DNA of 64,000 bases from Dicyema japonicum (Eukaryota; Animalia; Dicyemida), in assembly GCA_011109175.1 (NCBI GenBank), contig RDEW01000059.1, positions 62,001 to 126,000 of the forward strand. Direction: 5' to 3'. The translations under genes were made by a program, and so were the position numbers. Numbering within the stretch: position 1 is the first letter of the stretch; every line of letters starts with the position of its first letter. Shown here one piece after another: positions 50,548 to 63,999 of this stretch. The notes under the pieces are model-generated. The model worked only from the letters and a program-made list of their open reading frames with translations. It searched no databases and was not told the origin of the DNA.

Positions 50548-51251
50548 TAAATACTTTAAATGTACAAAATAGACATTTTATAAATGTATTTTAAATTAAA
50601 TCTATAATCAATATTTTCAAACTATGACTTAAATCTATAATCAATATTTTCAAACTGTCAACTCGTCCATGGCTTTTTATATATCACCATGACGTGTTCT
50701 TTAAATTTATAATTAAGCTCTTCTAGAATCATCTATTTCTTTAAATTCTGTATGGCTAAGACACATAAAGATTGACAATTATTCTCAGTAATAAATAAAT
50801 CTTATGTCTGTAATAAATAAATCTTCCATATGCTTATCTAATTTTGTGTAATAAATCAGACCAAGGAAAAAATCATAATCAAATTACTATTGCAGATAAA
50901 AATCACCACCCTCCTCCTAGAGAAGTCAATCATCCCTTTCTCGCTATTTAAATGAGTTGGCTGTTAGTAATCCTTATTCCCTCTTTCCATATCCGACTAA
51001 TTTAAGAGTTAACTGTCACTCGTCCTCATCCCTCTCTCCACATCCTAATAGTTAAGAAGACTTATCCAATTTCCAGCCCTAGTTTAGAACATAAATCTTA
51101 ATCCGTGTCATTTTGGAATAAACTAATTTGCTTTTCCTCATATTTTTCTCTTTACTTCATTTATTCATTTCTATAAACTATAGAATGTATGTTAAATTAA
51201 TGAAACTCTGAGTCACAAGTAAAAGTAATTAATTTACAACACCAGTCTAGC

Positions 51252-51533
51252 TCAATCTCCTCTTCTAATCTCTATTGCCCATATAGATGTGTTCACGTCG
51301 ACGCACACTCCACATTCAGAGACTACCCTGGGTTGACATTCCGTAACATTTTTCTCTTCACCAAGCATCGATACTCCATGTTTCTCTTCAGTCTGAATGC
51401 TCTCCAGAGTCTTCCGTAGTACTAACGTTTGCATATGCTTACACCGTTTACGGTATCCAAATGGCCCTTGAAGAATCTTGAGATAATTCCACCTCAGGTG
51501 ATGACCACAGGGATTATTTTCACCTCTGGGCAA
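51252..51533 (-). other. Cys/His-containing open frame, possibly a transposase C-terminal remnant
   Basis: GHHL...RKRCKH...ECGVCV loosely resembles piggyBac Cys-rich tails; no termini found. Confidence 0.25.
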
Positions 51534-52321
51534 TGGATAATCTCAAATTAGTTCGCCAATAGGTCATACCTATGGAATTTTATACCTGGTACGATTTGTT
51601 ACCTATTTCAACAAAAGTAATCTTATTGTTTATCTTATGAAAAAAAATATCGGTTCATTATTCGTTTCAAACGTATTAGCACTGATCATCGTGCCCACAT
51701 GAATCTCCACGAATACATTTGCGACAACAGATTGGAATAAATAGGACTTGAGTCAGAACATTATTTTATATAAAATAATTGATTTGATTTATTGATTATT
51801 GAAAATATAAAATAATTTCTTTTAGTCTACGTCAAGAAAACAGGATTCCGTGAGTTTTCCCGCTAATCATTGCTATTTTGAGCCGCAGTCTCAATCAAAG
51901 TTTTTTGCAGTATTGGCTTATCTTCGAAGCGATCCTTCGTTCGATATTGGATAGAAAATATTCCGTCACCTTTCCCATAAATCTACGTTATAATTAAACT
52001 TGGAAGCAATAATTATCGAATTGGAAAATAAGAATTCGCTAATACATAGGGAAAATATTATATCCCCCGAAAATAGTAGTTTTATTATATTTAAAGTTAA
52101 TTACTAATTAAAAATAATCTATTAAATTTAAATATAACATGTTATAGTAAATTTTGTTGTGGTTAGTTGTGGTGTGGTGTGTGTTTGGTTGTTTGTCTGA
52201 AAGTGACTGGTTTATATAATATACTAATATAATTATTTTATTTTTTTATTGAGTGAGTGTGGTTTGGTTTGAGTGAGGTTTGCTGAGTGAATTAATATTA
52301 TTACTATATTTTTAGTTAAGA

Positions 52322-55284
52322 ATGACGGACTTCTCAAATCTATCATTTGTTATTGACTCAGCTGGTCTCATAAACTTGAATGTACTTGACGATGTCGTCT
52401 GGTCAATGTACCACGAGAATGGAGAGAAGCAGATGCAAGCAGTGAAAATCCTCGAACTCATACGAACCCACCCAGAGGCTTGGAGGAACGCAGATACAAT
52501 TTTGAAGAGTCAATACAACGAGACCAAATACTTTGGTCTACAGCTGCTGGAGATTGTCATCAAGAGAAGTGGAGAACCCTCAGTGAACAGGAACGGATTG
52601 GACTTAAGGAATTTGTTATGAGAATTTGTGGATTGCAAGGAGTCGACAAGGTGGCCTTGCAAATGTTGAAGCGAGACTGGTCCATGATCAAGCAACTCGT
52701 TAATATGAGTCTACAAGACGAAGTGGTGTGCATAAACTGCATGAAGATCCTATCTCAACTAACTCCTGATGTCGTAAACTCTCAAAGAGGGGCTCCTCTC
52801 CTTGATTTGTGTCGATTCATATTGGAGAACGCAAAGTCGTCTACTCTACTTCTCAGTACACTCAACACACTAAAAAAACTCCTCTCATTCCTCGACCCCC
52901 CTATTGGACTGTTACATGGCATTGCTGAATGTGCCTCTACTCACCAATTGAGGAACTCTGTACTGGGGTGCCTGGCTGAGGGTTTATCCCACGTGCCTGA
53001 CTTCAGTGGGATATTCCCAATAGCCAGTAGAATACTAAAGTCTCTACAAGTTGATTTATCTCTGAGCAGTGAGTATCTTCAAAGTGTCATCCTTTCATAA
53101 CATCGTTTCTGACTACCTACTATGGAAATTTGAGGAATGCTGCTCCAGATTTGATTCAGATTGGGGTAGAGAAGTTACTTCAGATTTCAATGACGACAGA
53201 TAAGAGTCTGTTTGTGCAAATTGTGGAGTTTTGGCGGCAATATGTTTCCTTGTTATACTCGAATCCGAGTGATGTTAGACAAGAAGTACTTCACGAACTG
53301 AGATGTATGATGATATCTCGGATGGCAAAACCAGAGGAAGTCATTGTTGTGCAGTTAGAAGATGGGAGTGTCGTAAGGGAGACTATGAAGGACACTGAGG
53401 AGGCTAATTTGTACAAAATAATGAGAGAAGTGCTGATTTACCTCGCGCATTTGGACACAACGGATACACTGGCTATAATGGTGGAGAGACTGGAGTCTAT
53501 GGTTGACACTAATACTACATGTTGGGCCATTGGATCTATTAGTGGAGCTCTGATTGAGGAGGACGAGAACAAATTTATAGTAATTGTCATAAGGAATCTT
53601 CTTTCAATGTGTGAGAAGGCTCACTCAAAGGATGAGAAGGCGGCTGTGGCTGCCAATATTATGTATGTAGTGGCACAATATCAACGATTCCTTAGAAACC
53701 ACGTTAAATTTTTAAAGACTGTTGTATACAAACTGTTTGAGTTTATGCATGGTTGTGAGTTGTATTATTGTAGAGTTACACGATGGTGTCCAGGATATGG
53801 CTTGTGAGACCTTCTATAAGCTGGTGCAGAGATGTCGATCAAAGTTTTTGGAGCCTTTAATGTCTACCACGTGTTGTTTGGCTATTGAAATTATATCCAA
53901 TCTGGAGGTAATAGTATCTGATTTGTCCCTTCAACAGGTATTAATTCTATATAGTGTAGTTACTATGTGTTTATGAAGCATTGGCCTCTGCTGTAAAGGC
54001 ACATGATGGGGGACTCAATTTTATTGACACTTTGATGCAGCTCCCTAACCTTGAGTGGAATCATGTAAAAAACGATTACTCTAACCCACATCAGGTAATC
54101 AAAATTATAAGAATAAACACGTGTGTGTGCAAACAGGCTGGGAATATGTACAAGAGACAGGTTATGAATCGGTAAATTATGGTAGATGGACTTGATATTC
54201 GATGATCTGGTTGAAATATACAAGTTTCTCAGCACAACAGAGGACAGACTGGCTTATACTATCAGAACAGATATATTAAAACTGATATCTACCTATCTTG
54301 ACTCATGTGAAAGTCAAGGAGATGTAATAAATATTGTAATCTCTAGATGAGTGTTGGAGTAATCACGAATATTATTGGACTAGTACTCCCCATCATTGAC
54401 CCCCCAATGGTAATTTTGATGACTTCGTTTGTAAGCCATTTAAAGGTAGAGAATGTAGTTACACCAGGAATCTGCTAAGCCTTACATTTATGACATATTT
54501 GGACTGGTCTTTACTTCCACATTGAAGTTGATAAGTCAGGACTATGTGAATATGCCTGAGTTGAGGGTGGAGATGGTCAACTTCCTCAATTGTTGTCTGC
54601 GGGAATTGTCTGTCTGGAGTTGTCGAGTTTAATGATAATAATCTGGGAATGATAATTCAGACTATTTTGTGGTTCACTCAACATCCAATGCAGCAAGTGG
54701 CAATTACTGGACTGGACTGTCTTAGATTGTTGTTTGGGGGAAAATTTCGTATGATTAACCCTCCAAAGTTTGTTGAGTTTTTGAGAACTTACTTTATGTC
54801 GACAATCGACCATATTATTAAGCTGATTGTTGAACCAATACATACTTCTGGAGGAGTCAAACCATATGCTTTGCTGTTGGCCGATATGATGACAGTTATT
54901 GAGGAATTGAAGGACAGAATCAATCCCACGTGCGAAAATGTACCATACGTCTACATTACTCTTACGGAAATTCTCGAAAAGAGACACCCTAATTCAGCTT
55001 TGTAGTTTTGTGTGTCATTTGTAGAATCAAAGTTTTTGTTGAAGGGTTGTTCAGTTTTGATAGAGACGCTAAGAAGCTGAAAAAACACCTTAAGGACTTT
55101 ATTGTGCAGATTAGAGTTGTGCTGTTTGTTATTGTAGGATGAAGTGGGAGATGACACTATTGACTTGTATTCGGAAGAGAAGGCTGAGGAGATGAGTAAG
55201 GCACGACAGGAAAAGACATTAGCTAATTCTAAGGTTCCTGGTCTGCTTGATAATGATGACACCTTCGATAACACTTTGTGGTGA
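52322..55284 (+). CDS. XPO1: Exportin-1 (CRM1), shortened and divergent
   Basis: TKYFGLQLLE; MISRMAKPEEVIVV; LYKIMREVLIYLAHLD; CWAIGSISGA; NLLSMCE...NIMYVVAQYQRFL; KLFEFMHE(22-nt intron 53752-53773)LHDGVQDMAC; KKHLKDFIVQIR(22-nt intron 55116-55137)...VPGLL; ends TGA 55284. Confidence 0.95.
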
Positions 55285-55589
55285 TTATTTTTCTTTTTCA
55301 ATCAATTTAATAATTATTTCAAAATTATTTGTTTTTTAGATAATATTGATAACCTTTTCCGTTAAAAATAAATATTACCATTGTAATTTAGAAAATCACT
55401 TACTCGTGTACATTGTTAGTTGACCACTGATTTTACTTAGTATAACGGGTCTTATAATTTTCGCATGATCTTAGTTCAATTTCTTTTCAAACATCATTCT
55501 AAGAGAATGCTTGATGCCTTTTTCTTAGTCTTCTTAATAGGTCAGAAAATTCGTTCTTTCTTCGTGGCTTTTCATTATGACTTTTGAGG

Positions 55590-56180
55590 CGTCTGGATTC
55601 CCGTCACCTCTGGAACCAGTGGGCTTGGATTGTGGATTTTTCCTTTTCGCGATCCGATTCTGGTTAGCAGCTCAATGACCTGATTCATGTGCTTACTGAC
55701 ATTTCACGAGACTGGTTCAAAAATGAACTGTCCACAAAGAAATTCGTATTTCTGCATCTCTAGGGTTTCTGCCTTCTCCGAATTAGAGCCTGGGTTACTC
55801 GCTGTCATAACAAGGTTGGAGGGAGAGAGGCTATCCAGGCAAGGTATCTACCGCTTTCATGGGAAGAGAGTCTTTGGTTGACTGGGCGAGTCCGAGTGGC
55901 TACAATTGGACAGGAAATCTGGCCGCTTCTAGTTCCCAAGCAATAACTCCGATGATTGAGATGTGTCTTGGACTCCTTCCAGCACTCCTCTGACAGAAAA
56001 GAGAGTGAAAACCTTTCGCGTCGACCATTTCAACGATCTACAGTTATGGACTGTTTTATCTATAGTCTTTGAGCATATAAATTTATCCCAGTCTCGTTGT
56101 TTATTAGGGTTCTTTGACAATTTCGTACTTAGACGCGTCCAAACTTCCCGACCCGTGGGTACATGTCACGGTTAAGCGTC
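55590..56180 (-). mobile_element. CRE-like retrotransposon 3' fragment (RLE domain)
   Basis: Reverse-complement homologue of 23670-24240 (TLFP*KR, SLSPSNL, KYEFLCGQFIFEPVS, RGKIH). Confidence 0.8.
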
Positions 56181-56820
56181 TGATCCATTAATGTAGCGTA
56201 GAATTTGATGCATTGACCAAAGACAGGAAAGCCAGAAAGCGAGTAGTAAGTGTATTCCATTCTTCTATAGCGAAGCGGTAATTTACATTGGATCCATCCA
56301 GTTTTATCAAATAAAATATTAAGCTTTTTTAATCAAAAACAATATAACATAGTAATAAGTTAAATAGAACCGGGTCGAGAACTGATTCGTGATGAACTCT
56401 ATTTGTACGTTAGTGAGTTGGCAAGATCCAACTGATAGGATGGAAGAGAAATGAACAAAATATAGAGTAGGTATTAACCTCCTTGAATTTTTCAGATCTC
56501 GTCAGACGGGAGAGAATGTGAAGCCCTTTAACTATGACTATTCCTCCACAGGACGCCCTCAGGAATAGGATTTCAATCTACTCTAGGATATAAATCACGT
56601 CTCCCCAAATCATTTCCGGAAAACGAGAATAATTCTAAAAATATACACAACTGACTGTTAACAAATGCGATCCGAAGATTTGAATTAAACGAGTTTCTCG
56701 GTCGTCCTCCACCGGACATCTATATCAGTGAATCTTCTTTTCATCGTGTGATATTCGGGAAACCTGGAACGCCCCCGCTGCGGTTACCAACGCCTACCTG
56801 TACAAGACCGGGTTAAATTT

Positions 56821-57770
56821 ATTTAAAATTAATATTTTCCTTAAAATTTTAAAATTGTTGAACTGTAATAAATTCTAGAAAATTATATTTTTAGAATCAA
56901 TATTATAATCAAACGAAACGGGAAAATAAATTCCATTGATGTATAAGGAATATTCAATCCCCCGTTTGGTCTTAGAATTCACTCCTTTCAGGACGTAGAC
57001 TTGGTCGTTCAAATAAAACAGAGTGTCTGTTCCTTCATCAGTAAATTCAATCTAACAATAAACTATAGTCTACGTCGCAGTCAATTTCTTTTCCGTTCAC
57101 AAACAGATCACAAGAGTCACGATCTGAAATATTTTACAAAAGTACAAAAAGTAATGCATTCACTCCCAGAAATCTCCCAAATCATAAGCTTTTTAGACAT
57201 TAATGACATATATTCTTTATATGGCACATTATTCACTATCAGATTGTATTCCAGATTAATCATTTTGGAGGGAATTATGTCAATACAAACATTCATATCT
57301 TTGATCTGCCATATTCAAAGCTCATTACATTAAACTGGACTGTCCCGCACAATTTGTACTTCCATCCACTCTTATATATTGTCTGGTGTGATATTATTGT
57401 TACCTTTTCATTTATCTTTAAAGTCCTCTTCCCAGTAAAGTTGTCGTGAAAAAACTCAACCTTGCTTATTCCATACTTTGTGGGAATAAACCAAAATGCT
57501 ATTTGGCCATCTTGTAACTCCATGACAATATTTATTATAATATAATTTTTTACTTGATTTTTTACCTTCAATATTTACTTTATTATTAGGCATCACTCCA
57601 GCACTTTAGGCAATCATTTGTATTGCGTCAGTTTCAGAATTTCCCCCAAAAAAACTACAGGTTTTCTGAGTCAACAATTTTCTATAGGTCCTTCTCGGGT
57701 TACATTGACACTCTCTGTTGATGGCTGCTTGAAGTAAGATTTCACTGATAGGGTAGAAACGTACAACATG
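56821..57770 (-). repeat. Right arm of the ~950-bp inverted duplication
   Basis: Reverse complement of 44164-45120. Confidence 0.95.
56875..57523 (-). CDS. FAIM: Fas apoptotic inhibitory molecule, intact copy, 193 aa, 4 exons
   Basis: Introns of 23, 22 and 22 nt give MELQDGQIAFW...KVEFFHDNFTGKRTLKINEK...WKYKLCG...LEYNLIVN...LFVNGKEID...EFTDEGTDT...KRGIEYSLYING, collinear with FAIM (AVW, KIEFEHGTTSGKR, WMFKLVG, EFVDDGTET). Confidence 0.85.
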
Positions 57771-58189
57771 GTCAACTAGTTATGAGATTATTTCCTTAAC
57801 TTACTAATAATTTTTGAAATTTAAAATAAAGTTTTTTAAACAAATCACCAATCATTAACATATTTATGCGCCAATTTTTGTGCTGTGGTAATCCACCTCT
57901 CCATCCTAGCATTCTGATCCTCATACATCCATTCAGCGAATATATTAACTCTTGATGATTCAACATCCATTACTTCAATTGATATATTGTCTAATCTATA
58001 TTTTCCTTTTTACTTTTATGTTTGATGTTAGAACTAGTATCCATTAAAACAACAAAGAAGCAAATTTAAATATTTAAATATTATTAAAGGGTTTTAGGAT
58101 TATTATTATTCAACAAATTAGTAAATGCCAAAATATTTAATAACTCGGATTCTTCCCAGTCTCCAATGCCTCTAGAATACATGATACGC

Positions 58190-58360
58190 ATGAACCGTAA
58201 ATGTGCCCTCGTGACTACGAAGATTCAGTCATTCGGCCTATACGTGCTTGTATGGGGTCGAGGGAGGAGCATTGGGCCAACTTGAGGTATCGGCAAGAGG
58301 GTGCTGGGATCACGTGATTAGTTAGTTTGGTGTAACCGTGGTCATTGGGATTATTATTGA
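58190..58360 (+). mobile_element. LINE family A 3' end
   Basis: GGGATCACGTGATTAGTTAGTTTGG terminal motif at 58306. Confidence 0.6.
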
Positions 58361-58369
58361 GAGTTCATT

Positions 58370-59300
58370 AAGTTTAACATAAACGGCCTTGCACAAAAAA
58401 TTATTAAGCTTATTGTCTTTCTCACCACCCACAAAATCGATATTGCACTCTTACAAGAAACTAAATATCCAGAAATCAATTCTTACTTAATTCAAAGACT
58501 ATTAAATCATCCGACGTGACCGACCTAATTCATAAATGGGAGACAGGTGTACTCATCCTTCTATTCCATTCTGTGATACTTCTACTCTGATACATACTCT
58601 GATTGATGATGGCAATCACATCAAGCTTACTTTCATCCTTGTCAAAAAAAACTGCACAGCCTACACATTGGTAAATATTTACATCCCTCCACCCGGTCCA
58701 CATGTGAAACAATATTCCCCCAAACTGGCTGACCGAACTATCCAACCTTAATAGTGAAATTACAGATTTAATCAATAAGAGGAGATTGGAACGGTGGAAT
58801 AATTGCATCATCAAAATTTACTACCGGACAAACTTAAGGATTTCTGGGGGACCCTCCGTCCATGTAAATTTAAAAACGTTCAAACTCCTCAAGAAAAACC
58901 GATTTTAACCAGTACGACTTATATTGAAGACTTTATCAAAAACGCAAAAAACTCTCCTGTCAAAGAGCTCTATGGAATCTCTGCATTTAAAGCCTGCACT
59001 ATGGAAAATCTAAAATAATCCCAATTCTGAAGACCAAAAATATCTGTCAGATCCAGGATCTTAGGCCGAATTCAATTACACCTAAGCGGTATTCCAATCA
59101 ATTTTAAGACACTTCTCATATCATATGCAGATGACCTGAATATCGCCTCCACGAAGGATGTCCAGAACCACTTGAACTCTCTTTAAGAGTGACTTGGAGC
59201 AAATCATCTATCTCCTCCGTTGAAATCCACCGTCACTGTATTTAAACCCAATCGCCGCCAACTAAATTTTTTAATCAATTTTAACAATTCATGAACCTGT
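58370..59300 (+). mobile_element. Internally deleted APE LINE remnant
   Basis: FNINGL...IDIALLQETK (APE) and SYADDLNI (RT). Confidence 0.65.
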
Positions 59301-60649
59301 CTCGAATGCTTTTGTAACCATACCAAGTTGAGAGCAAACCACCTTTTTGAGTCTCCTGAATTAGTACAATGTTCATCTACAATGCCAAGACTGTCCGATC
59401 TATGGGAGCGAAAGGCGCTTCTATTACTGTGAAAGGTTTAATAAATTTCCTTTTTATATAATCACTAAAAAACGTAACTACAATAAGCCAAACATTGGAT
59501 ACATTTGGATATAACTTGAAAAAAATCTTATAGCCAGAAATTCGGAAGATAATAAAGAAAGATTTTTGATATGCCCGTAAAATTATTGAAATCGAAAATC
59601 ATCATGAAATGAGAGTGAATTATCAATGCGATCGAAATTCTGAAGGGCAATTAAAGGAATGACTCCAAAAAACCATAGAAACATAAGGGAAAATTTTTTG
59701 TTGTGATACTATTTCCGTAGATGGCTTCGTCCTTTATGAAATTAGGTTGGAGAGATCGGTTGATTTGTTATACATCTCAATTTTTAAACTAGAAAATTTA
59801 GGGAAAAGGTATAAATATGTGTTACATTGATGTTGACATGTGACAATGATTCAACTAACTGAAATAACAACTGAAAATGTTGTATTTCGAAAGGCACACA
59901 ATTTGTAGCATGTACATGGCATGAATCGAGTTTACTTCTTTATACTACACAACCGCGAACGGAACAAACGAAAAATTGTGTAATTTCCCTGTTTCACCTC
60001 TCGACCTTCTCAACAGTAGACATACTCCAGAGGTTTTGATGTAGGTTACAAGGGGCGAATGTGTCGGTGCAGGTGACGTCGTAGCTTAATCCCTTAATGG
60101 TAGATATCACTTCCCACTTTGAAATATCCAAGTACTCTTATTGGAACTTTATTACAATTCAGTCCCACGTCATCACAAAAAATAAAATGGACTTTAAAGT
60201 ATTATTCCTATTTTGTTTTCAATAAATCTTGTTCTCTCTTAATATACGGTTTTACGGGTAATGACCGCTCCTTTGAAGGCAATGCCCTCAATGACTTATT
60301 ATAGAGGATAATATCTGGTTTTATGTACAATAAATAAGCTTTTGAGTTCTGGGTCCATCCTTGCACTCTATGAATAACTTTAGGGAACATTAAAGACCAT
60401 ACGATGTCTTGGCCTTTTTCCTCAATACATTAGCTGTTCTTTTCTTAAATAAAGTGTGTGTCATGTCTAAACGGAGGTTTAAATATTTGCTAGTCCTTGG
60501 TGGAAGGACTGATATAAAATATAGGCCGATGACTTACATTTCCATAATGATGAAGCATTGATACTTATATGATGGCATCAAAAGACTATGAACGTCATTG
60601 ACGGTCTTTCCCTTAAATTTTCAATTTAGATTCAAGCATGTTTAGTACG

Positions 60650-62130
60650 TCGACCTCACTTCACTTTTATGGATCCAATTCAACAACCCCACATCGTTCA
60701 TTTACTACCTTATGACTTGGGTGATTTTTATTAAACCATTCGACTAGTCGATCGAAGTGTTGTTGATTTTTCCCGGCGCTGTTTGAATGTTCTGATCTCG
60801 TGAGGCCAAAACGATATCGTCTGCATAAGCCAGAAGCAGGTCGTCTTCTCCATTCGGCGTCGGAATGTTAGCCGTAAATTAGTTGAATAAAAATGGTGAT
60901 AGCGGCGAACCCTGGAGTACTCCATTTGGGAATAAACGGAATACAGAACGAATGTTTCCAATGCACACTCTTCCTTTCCGTCGGCTAAGGAATTTAGTCA
61001 GCCAGAGTTTGAGGTTTTCAGGGATATCTGATTGGTAGGTTTTCCATATTAGATTTTTTCTCGGCACAGAGTCAAAAGCAGTGGATGTCCAGTGAACATA
61101 ACACAGTTTTCTGGTGTCTTTGCTTGCACAGAAATCCAGAGCGAATAAAGTTAGGGAGCTGAGGAAGCTTGTTGTGGACCAATCCTTATTGAAACCATGC
61201 TGGAGCGGTTTATCTGGACTCTTTTTAGTTAATTTTGTAAAAAATTTGTTACATGGAGCACAAGAGAGAAATAGGCATGAGAGAAACTGGGTCTTCTTTC
61301 GATTTTCCAGGTTTCAATACTGTGCGGATGTTTGCCAATTTTCAAGATTGTATATGCAGGTTTCTTCTTTCCACTGGTAATTTCTTTTTTGATTTTTAGC
61401 AATAGGGTTATGATCACTTCGGGTGTCGTAGATGATGGACCAATTAAGTGTTGTTGAAAGCTGTGGTGAACAGAGTGTGATATCTGGGAAGGTTGATTGT
61501 CAGAGTTCCTTTGAGGTGTTCTGTGTTTTTTCATGTGTCATTTGTCAGTTTGCCAGACTGCGTCAACAGCAAATTTCCTCTTGTATCTGCAGACTGATTT
61601 AACAGCCAGAGAGGGTGTTTGCCATCAAAATCGCCGCATATCACAACTTCGTTCCAACTCTCCAGTACAGATAAGTCCAGGCATAGTGTAATGGTTCGGA
61701 CATGAGCCAAGTGAGGGAATATACATGTTTATAAAATATAGTCTTCCTCTTGTTGTGCCAACAGATATTCTGATTATCTAGGTGGTTTCATCACTTCCCA
61801 AGACTTTCTTCACTTCGAGTGCATAGTCTTCATACTTTAGGCCTTTTCTGATTAATGTAAGTAGTCCTCCATGTTTCTTAGTGCGATCGGCACATATGTT
61901 GTATCCGAGAAAAAGTGCGTAGTATCTCTTGCTGATAGCTTGAATTCTTGGATGAGCACAATGTCAATTTTGAGTTTAACAATCAGAGTTCTAAGTTCAA
62001 TAATTTTACCTTAAATTCCGTTCACATTTAGTTGTATAACAGAGATCCGGTCAATTTACTTTTGTAGATCACGAATCCGAGAAGTTGATGCCAGACCAGT
62101 AATCCGTCGACCAGGGGCGACATATAAGAA
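60650..62130 (-). mobile_element. Decayed APE-RT LINE
   Basis: QLNVNGI...IDIVLIQE; KHGFN; FDSVPR; GVLQGSPLSPFLFN; AYADDIV. Confidence 0.8.
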
Positions 62131-62464
62131 AAAACTAATCATAAACTTTATTAAAATACAAAATGTTTTCAGGTTATAAATTTCGGTTTTTAGATAATAA
62201 TTTTACGATAATAAAAATCTTTACTGAATAGATAATTATTTGGAAGGAAATTTTTACAAATAGTCGTATATGCATGGATAAATATGTTGTGTTTCCATTT
62301 GTAATAGACTAAACTTATTAACAGAAAATCTAGATTCCAGATATTTCTTAATTTCGTATAAATTGTTACTGAAATGGAAATTTTGAATATGTTAGCTAAG
62401 TTTTCTACGGCGAAGTAATTTTTTCCTGTCATCTTTATCAATTTATAAACGAATATTGACACAG

Positions 62465-62980
62465 TTAAGAGCTATTTAGCCCTAAAAGGGTTTCGCTTAA
62501 GCCATCCTTTGGAGCTATCTTCCTCGCCATTCTCGCCCACGTCATCTTGTTTCTGGCCCTCATTCTAACATTTCCCAGATCGTCTGCTGTCACCAATTTA
62601 CGACCGATTGTTTCGTAGTCATCCTTTAAGCAAATTGGAAGTATATTCTTGGTCTGCCTCAAACTCCATGACTTGCGGCGCAGTAGAAATATTCTTCCAA
62701 TATTCTGTCACACGGCGTAGTCGGGTCCGGTCTAAGAATATGTCCAAATAGTTGCCATCTCGATAAAATAACGTCCATGCTAATTGGTGTATATTTAAAT
62801 AGAGAATATAGTTTTTCCTTTGAGATTTTTCTCGGCCAGAAGATTCCAGTCAATATGCGCAGTAGCTTCTGTGAAAAGTATCTAGCTTCTCTAAATTTTT
62901 TTCAAAATTCTCAACGTTCCGGAATTGTATAGCAATATCGGCTTAACAAACGTGTCGTAATAACTTTTTATTTATAATAT
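62465..62980 (-). mobile_element. RTE-like LINE 3' fragment (same family as 7665 and 11383)
   Basis: YYDTFVKPILLYNSGT, FHRSYCAY, RWQLFGHILR, ILEEYF. Confidence 0.8.
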
Positions 62981-63732
62981 ATTTTTGTTAAAAATAACAT
63001 TTTTATTACTTTAGTGACAAAATTTCCCCACTAATTAGTCCTCATAAAATCTAAAATTTGGTTAAAAACCACATTATTAGATTTTCCACGTCAGAGAATG
63101 TAAACCGCATTAAACAAAAATGATGACAATTACAAACTCTTCAATGTTACACCGGACTTACTCACACGTGAAAGGCAAGAAAACTATTTGAAATGATAAT
63201 GAACATTTTCGAGTAAAAATAATCGAAATTGTGGAAACTTACGTAATTGCTTTAAAGGTCGTATTTTTAACTGCCGTTACAAATCATAAGAATATGCATT
63301 CCAAGAGAATAAATAAAAAGCATAATTTGTTTTCCTGATTGCAGTAAAGCCGTAAAAGAGAATGTCCCTGAGACTCATCCATGGTTTGAGCACAGTCAGG
63401 TAAAATTTGAGAACGACCGCATGAGCTATCAACTGGGAGGACACATTGAGGAGATCGACAGAATGAAACACAAATCCCTTCAACAACACAGATTAAAAAT
63501 CGAAGAAAAAAAAGTTTATTTATATTTTTACATAAGAAAGTTGACTTGAATTCTAAAATCAAAGCCAATAGTTATGTCATTTCGAAGTTGTTGCAATTTC
63601 AGAAAATTAAAAGTGATAAACTCAACGACAAGGTTAAACAATTCATGAAATGACAGTTAACAAATATTAGTCTAAATATTATGTCTTTTAACTTTACATA
63701 ATAATTTACTCAATATTCACGATTTTGTTTCC

Positions 63733-63999
63733 ATGGAACCATCCGAAAACTCTATTTTAACAAAATACTACTCCTCCCCCAATCGACCAATCAAAAATCT
63801 CTATATCGATGGACATTGGGTAAATCTGACTCGTCTACGACGTCGAAACCACTCTTGGACACCAACATACGGATATAAACTGGATGATACGAAATATGTC
63901 CCCTTCTTTTTAACCTCTGACAGAAAATCACCTTTTCGAATGTTCAGAATATATACTTGTCCATCTAGTAACCCGAAAATGACCGATCTATGGGAGTGA
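63733..63999 (+). CDS. Hypothetical protein at the window edge
   Basis: ATG-initiated 88-codon ORF after an AT-rich gap; no family recognised. Confidence 0.3.
   Translation: MEPSENSILTKYYSSPNRPIKNLYIDGHWVNLTRLRRRNHSWTPTYGYKLDDTKYVPFFLTSDRKSPFRMFRIYTCPSSNPKMTDLWE

Noticed and set aside
50597-50656. 27-nt direct repeat upstream of the Kv gene
   Set aside because: Two AT-rich copies 33 bp apart; consistent with ordinary slippage, no supporting evidence of function.
44164-57770. Giant transposon with FAIM-containing TIRs
   Set aside because: No TSD or characteristic termini, no transposase inside, and the left arm is continuous with a LINE remnant; better explained as a segmental inverted duplication.
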